Positions 56,992 through 64,000 of a stretch of DNA of 64,000 nucleotides are shown one piece after another. Source of the DNA: an uncultured Alphaproteobacteria bacterium (GTDB taxonomy: Bacteria; Pseudomonadota; Alphaproteobacteria; ATCC43930; CGMCC-115725); the NCBI GenBank assembly GCA_963734125.1, contig CAVTGB010000004.1, forward strand, positions 71,779 through 135,778. The letters run 5' to 3'. Position 1 is the first letter of the stretch. The number at the start of each line of letters is the position of its first letter. The notes beneath the pieces were generated by a model. It made no database searches. It had not been told where the DNA came from and saw nothing but the letters and a program-made list of their open reading frames with translations. The position numbers and the translations under genes were made by a program.

Positions 56992-57822
56992 ATGCCCCCT
57001 CGCCACGTTTCAGTCGCGGATCTGACGCTCGGCAATGATCTTCCACTGGTGTTCATCGTCGGGCCCAATACGTTGGAATTGCGCGCCCATGCGCTGGAAA
57101 CCGGCGCGGCGTTGGCCGAGATCGCCCGAAAATTACAGATCGGCCTCATCTACAAAACGTCGTTCGACAAGGCGAACCGCACCTCGCTCGGCGGCGAGCG
57201 CGGCATCGGCCTCGCGGCCGGGCTGCCGATCCTTGCCGAACTGCGCGAGGCGACGGGCCTCCCGGTCCTGACCGACATTCACGCGCCCGAGCAATGCGCC
57301 CCGGTCGCCGAGGTGGTCGACGTATTGCAGACTCCGGCCTTCCTCTGCCGCCAGACCGACCTCCTCTTGGCGGCGGGCAAAGCCGGCAAGCCCGTCAACG
57401 TCAAGAAGGGCCAGTTCCTCGCGCCCTGGGACATGCAAAACGTTGCGGCGAAGATCGCCTCGACCGGCAACGACCAGATCCTGTTGTGCGAGCGCGGCGC
57501 CATGTTCGGCTACAACAATCTGGTCGTCGATATGCGCGCGCTGCCGATCATGGCGCAGACCGGCTACCCGGTGGTGTTCGACGCAACGCACGCGGTGGCG
57601 AGCCCGGGCGGCCTCGGCGACCGCTCGGGCGGGAACCGCGAATTCGGTCCCATCCTCGCGCGCGCCGCCGCCGCAATCGGCGTCGCCGCGATGTTCCTCG
57701 AAACCCACCAGGACCCCGACCACGCCGGCACCGCGGAGGCGCAAACGATGTTGCCGCTGAAGACACTGCCCGAATTGCTCGAAACGCTGATCGCGTTCGA
57801 TCGCCTCGCCAAGGCGCGCTGA
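56992..57822 (+). CDS. kdsA: 3-deoxy-8-phosphooctulonate synthase
   Basis: 276-aa ORF with IYKTSFDKANRTS ... VLQTPAFLCRQTDLL ... NVKKGQFLAPWDM ... FDATHAV. Confidence 0.95.
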   Translation: MPPRHVSVADLTLGNDLPLVFIVGPNTLELRAHALETGAALAEIARKLQIGLIYKTSFDKANRTSLGGERGIGLAAGLPILAELREATGLPVLTDIHAPEQCAPVAEVVDVLQTPAFLCRQTDLLLAAGKAGKPVNVKKGQFLAPWDMQNVAAKIASTGNDQILLCERGAMFGYNNLVVDMRALPIMAQTGYPVVFDATHAVASPGGLGDRSGGNREFGPILARAAAAIGVAAMFLETHQDPDHAGTAEAQTMLPLKTLPELLETLIAFDRLAKAR

Positions 57823-57825
57823 TAT

Positions 57826-57957
57826 TCTCCCTCGCCCCCACCGGGTGAGAGGGTTGGGGTGAGGGGGAGAATGGGCTATGTCGTTCCGGGCTAAGCACCC
57901 TCACCCGGCCGCCGCTGTCGCGCCGGCCACCCTCTCCCGCGGTGCGGGCGAGGGGCT
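57826..57957. repeat. REP-like element, family D
   Basis: TTCTCCCTCGCCCCCACCGGGTGAGAGGGTTGGGGTGAGGGGGAGAA ... CACCCTCACCCGGCC ... CCACCCTCTCCCGCGGTGCGGGCGAGGGG. Confidence 0.7.
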
Positions 57958-57961
57958 TTAG

Positions 57962-59251
<1,290 letters not shown>

Positions 59252-59258
59252 GGTAAAT

Positions 59259-59343
59259 TGTCGTCCCGGCGAAAGCCGGGACCCACTTATCAGCGCAGGA
59301 TATGCTTGGGACATGGGTCCCGGCTTTCGCCGGGACGACAATA
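59259..59343. repeat. REP-like inverted repeat, family A
   Basis: TTGTCGTCCCGGCGAAAGCCGGGACCC ... GGGTCCCGGCTTTCGCCGGGACGACAAT. Confidence 0.75.
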
Positions 59344-59381
59344 CTATAGACGGCGGGAACGGCGCGTGATGCTCTTCGCCA

Positions 59382-59717
59382 ATGATCGTGCTGCGCGAGA
59401 TGCGCCGGCGGGCGAAGGTGTTGGTGCCTCCCGTGTTGGGCTTGGCGGTGACCGGCTATTTCGCCTATCACCTCGTCGAAGGCGATCGCGGGCTGCGCGC
59501 CTGGGTCCAGGTCACCCAGGAGCTGCACCTCGCCAAGGCGAACTTATCGGCCGCCGAAGCCGAGCGAGCCGCGCTCGAGCATAGGGTCTCCCATATGCGG
59601 CCCGATCACGTCGATCCGGACCTTCTCGACACCCAGGTGCGCCGCACCCTCGATGCCGCCGCGCCGGGCGAGATCGTGATCATCGAGCCGGCGCAGAAGG
59701 CTTCCGGCAAACCCTGA
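59382..59717 (+). CDS. ftsB: septum formation initiator family protein (FtsB/DivIC-like)
   Basis: 111-aa ORF with an N-terminal TM (VLVPPVLGLAVTGYFAYHLV) and a coiled coil (LHLAKANLSAAEAERAALEHRV). It holds the conserved eno-ftsB-pdhA position. Confidence 0.8.
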   Translation: MIVLREMRRRAKVLVPPVLGLAVTGYFAYHLVEGDRGLRAWVQVTQELHLAKANLSAAEAERAALEHRVSHMRPDHVDPDLLDTQVRRTLDAAAPGEIVIIEPAQKASGKP

Positions 59718-59865
59718 GCGCGGCCCATGCCGGCAAGCCGGCGCGGTGTTTTTCGCCGCTCTGCCGTGCCGCGATTTCCTCTTTCCGACCAAAGGATTGT
59801 CCCCCCTGAGGTTGCAAACCAATCGATTTGACCGCATGCTCCGGCGCGAGCCCGGAGGACAGCAG

Positions 59866-60876
59866 ATGGCAGTCAAGCGCAAGGAGAAAGTGGTCACGCC
59901 GGCCGAGCCTGCGGTCTCGACCGACGCCTTGTTGCGCTTTTATCGGGACATGCTGCTGATCCGCCGCTTTGAGGAGCGCGCCGGGCAGATGTACGGCATG
60001 GGCCTCATCGGCGGCTATTGCCACCTCTATATCGGCGAGGAAGCGGTGGTCGTCGGGATCCAGGCCGCGCTCCGGGACGGCGACACCAGCGTCACCTCCT
60101 ACCGCGACCACGGCCATATGCTGGCCTGCGGGATGGACCCCAAGGGCGTCATGGCCGAACTGACCGGGCGGCGCGGCGGCTATTCGCACGGCAAGGGCGG
60201 CTCGATGCACATGTTCAGCCCGGAAAAGCATTTTTTCGGCGGACACGGCATCGTCGGCGCCCCGGTGCCGATCGGCACCGGTCTCGGCTTTGCCCATCGC
60301 TATAAGGAGGACGGGCACATCTCGGTGACCTATTTCGGCGACGGCGCGATCAACCAGGGCCAGGTTTACGAGAGCTTCAACATGGCCGCGCTGTGGAAGC
60401 TGCCGGTCGTCTATGTCATCGAAAACAACCAATACGGCATGGGTACATCGGTCAGCCGCGCTTCCGCGCGCACCGATCTGTTTCACCGCGGCCTCCCCTA
60501 CGGCATTCCCGGCGAGCAGGTCGACGGGATGGACGTGGTCGCGGTCAACCAGGCCGCGCTTCGGGCGGCCGACTACGCCCGCTCGGGCCAGGGGCCGATC
60601 ATTCTCGAAATGTTGACCTACCGCTATCGCGGCCACTCGATGTCCGACCCGGCGAAATACCGCAGCAAGGACGAACTCAACCGGATGCGCACCGAGCACG
60701 ACCCGATCGACCATCTGCGCCGGCGCTTGCTCGATCAGCACCAGGCCGATGAAGACGCGCTGAAGCAGATCGAAAAAAGGGCGCGTGACATCGTCACCGA
60801 AGCTGCGCAGTTTGCTCAGGACTGCCCGGAGCCCGATCCGAGCGAACTGTGGACGGATGTGCTGGCCGACGCCTAA
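59866..60876 (+). CDS. pdhA: pyruvate dehydrogenase E1 component alpha subunit
   Basis: Internal ATG at 59866 of ORF 59746-60876: LLIRRFEERAGQMYGMGLIGGYCHLYIGEEA ... GDGAINQGQVYESFNMAALW ... YRYRGHSMSDP. Confidence 0.95.
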   Translation: MAVKRKEKVVTPAEPAVSTDALLRFYRDMLLIRRFEERAGQMYGMGLIGGYCHLYIGEEAVVVGIQAALRDGDTSVTSYRDHGHMLACGMDPKGVMAELTGRRGGYSHGKGGSMHMFSPEKHFFGGHGIVGAPVPIGTGLGFAHRYKEDGHISVTYFGDGAINQGQVYESFNMAALWKLPVVYVIENNQYGMGTSVSRASARTDLFHRGLPYGIPGEQVDGMDVVAVNQAALRAADYARSGQGPIILEMLTYRYRGHSMSDPAKYRSKDELNRMRTEHDPIDHLRRRLLDQHQADEDALKQIEKRARDIVTEAAQFAQDCPEPDPSELWTDVLADA

Positions 60877-60941
60877 TTTCCAGGGGCGGGCGGAGCGGGA
60901 ACCGCGCGGGCGACGAACCGCTGATGACGGCGAGGACGTGA

Positions 60942-62312
<1,371 letters not shown>

Positions 62313-62316
62313 CAAA

Positions 62317-62400
62317 CGTCATGCCCGGGCTTGATCCGGGCATCCACGCCTTCCCGTTCGACTGTCCCGTGGATGGCCGGGCCAAGCCCGGCCATGACGG
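62317..62400. repeat. REP-like inverted repeat, family B (second copy)
   Basis: CGTCATGCCCGGGCTTGATCCGGGCATCC ... GGCCGGGCCAAGCCCGGCCATGACGG. A G9 run at 62403-62411 follows it. Confidence 0.75.
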
Positions 62401-62428
62401 TCGGGGGGGGGCGAGAAGGGGATGGTGG

Positions 62429-63739
62429 ATGCCGATCGAAATCCGCATGCCGGCGCTGTCGCCGACGATGACCGAAGGCAATCTCGCCCGCTGGCTGAAG
62501 AAAGAGGGCGACGCGGTGCATTCGGGCGACGTCATCGCCGAAATAGAGACCGACAAGGCGACGATGGAATACGAGGCGGCCGACGACGGGCGTCTCGGCA
62601 AGATCATCGTCCCCGAGGGCGCGCAGGGGATCAAGGTGAACGCGCCGATCGCGCTCCTCCTCGAAGAAGGCGAGGACCCGAGCGCGCTCGACAAATTCAC
62701 CACCCGCGAGCCGGCGCCGGCGCCGCCCGCCGCAAGCCCCCACCCCAACCCTCCCCCGCCTGCGGGGGAGGGAGCAACTAGGAGCACCTCTCCCCCGCAG
62801 GCGGGGGAGGCTAGGGTGGGGGCTCTCAACAACGGGCCGGCGCCAGGAAACGGCAGGGTCTTCGCCAGCCCGCTCGCCCGCCGGATGGCGGTTCATGCCG
62901 GGATCGACCTCGCCGCGATCCGCGGTTCGGGGCCCCAGGGCCGGGTCGTAAAGGCCGATATCGAACGGTCATTGTCGGGGCCGGCAGCACCCCAGCCGGC
63001 GCTCGCCGGCGGCGCGCCGGTCTTTGCCAAGGCGCAGATGCTGGCGCTCGCCGGCAGCCCGCCCTACCGCGAAAAGCCGCACAGCGCGATGCGCCGGGTC
63101 ATCGCGCGGCGCCTCGCCGAAGCGAAGCAGACAGTCCCGCATTTCTATATGTCGCTCGATTGCGTGATCGACGATCTGCTGAAGATCCGTGCGGTGCTCA
63201 ACGCCAAATCGGAAACCAAGATCTCGATCAACGACTTTGTGATCCGCGCCGCGGCGCTGGCGTTGCGTCAGGTGCCGGCGGCCAATGCGTCGTGGTCGGA
63301 CGACGCGATCCTGTTGTGGGAGCGGGCCGATATCTCGGTCGCCGTCGCGCTCGACGACGGGCTGATCACCCCGATCGTCAAGGGCGCCGACCAGAAGGGT
63401 CTGGCGCAGATCGCCGCCGAGATGAAGGACCTCGCCGAACGCGCGCGCGCCGGCAAGCTGAAGCTCGAGGAGTTCCAGGGCGGCACGTTCTCGATCTCCA
63501 ATCTCGGCATGTACGGCATCCGCGAGTTCGCCGCCGTCATCAACCCGCCGCAGGGCTGCATCCTCGCCGTCGGGGTCGGCGAGAAGCGGCCGGTCGTCAA
63601 GGACGGGCAGCTTGACGTCGCCACGGTGATGACCTGCACGCTGTCGGCCGACCATCGCGTCGTCGACGGCGCGGTCGGCGCCCAATTTCTCGCCGCCTTC
63701 AAGAAGCTGATCGAAGACCCGCTGACGATGCTCTTGTGA
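62429..63739 (+). CDS. pdhC: pyruvate dehydrogenase E2 component (dihydrolipoyllysine-residue acetyltransferase)
   Basis: Internal ATG at 62429 of ORF 62171-63739. It has a lipoyl domain ([16 protein letters not shown] ... [13 protein letters not shown]) and an E3/E1-binding domain ([25 protein letters not shown]). The catalytic domain contains [10 protein letters not shown]. Confidence 0.95.
   Translation: MPIEIRMPALSPTMTEGNLARWLKKEGDAVHSGDVIAEIETDKATMEYEAADDGRLGKIIVPEGAQGIKVNAPIALLLEEGEDPSALDKFTTREPAPAPPAASPHPNPPPPAGEGATRSTSPPQAGEARVGALNNGPAPGNGRVFASPLARRMAVHAGIDLAAIRGSGPQGRVVKADIERSLSGPAAPQPALAGGAPVFAKAQMLALAGSPPYREKPHSAMRRVIARRLAEAKQTVPHFYMSLDCVIDDLLKIRAVLNAKSETKISINDFVIRAAALALRQVPAANASWSDDAILLWERADISVAVALDDGLITPIVKGADQKGLAQIAAEMKDLAERARAGKLKLEEFQGGTFSISNLGMYGIREFAAVINPPQGCILAVGVGEKRPVVKDGQLDVATVMTCTLSADHRVVDGAVGAQFLAAFKKLIEDPLTMLL
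62740..62826. repeat. family D REP-like element lying in frame inside the pdhC inter-domain linker
   Basis: CCCCACCCCAACCCTCCCCCGCCTGCGGGGGAGGGAGCAACTAGGAGCACCTCTCCCCCGCAGGCGGGGGAGGCTAGGGTGGGGG. It has two CTCCCCCGC..GCGGGGGAG hairpins and outer inverted ends, and translates as [28 protein letters not shown]. Confidence 0.7.
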
Positions 63740-63746
63740 TAATTAC

Positions 63747-64000
<254 letters not shown>

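Overview
High-GC alphaproteobacterial-type chromosomal segment: 60-nt lines I counted by hand are mostly 65-72% GC. I worked from the ORF track plus my own translations, and functions are assigned from recognised sequence motifs and synteny only. Most of the window is conserved housekeeping blocks. These are leuC-leuD, rplS-trmD-rimM-rpsP-ffh, thrC-M16 peptidase-GNAT, trpE(G) with a Trp-codon attenuator, trpD-trpC-moaC-moeA, ppiD, tpiA-secG-pyrG-kdsA-eno-ftsB, and pdhA-pdhB-pdhC-lpdA. Between them lie accessory and catabolic genes. They include a MetE-like protein, an RlmI-like methyltransferase, a TVP38-oxidoreductase-histidine kinase operon, and a DLH/TauD/TPP-enzyme/GMC oxidoreductase group. 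There is also an ureohydrolase-aldolase-TPP enzyme-cupin-2xLivK-LivHMGF cluster. I saw no rRNA, tRNA, CRISPR array, integrase or transposase. Points worth a second look: (1) There are two short low-GC islets with no family-level explanation. One carries an exported S1 protease plus a Tat-exported TIGR02594/NlpC-P60-like hydrolase next to HicAB. The other carries a zinc-ribbon ORF plus a single-pass membrane ORF inside a catabolic operon. (2) A textbook WWW leader-peptide attenuator precedes trpE(G). (3) TrpC and MoaC are joined in frame. (4) At least six families of palindromic REP/MITE-like elements fill most intergenic gaps, and one copy sits in frame inside the E2 (pdhC) linker. (5) At least 8 genes carry single-nucleotide frame breaks, several at short homopolymers. 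This may be consensus indel error rather than biology, and I cannot decide that from the sequence alone.
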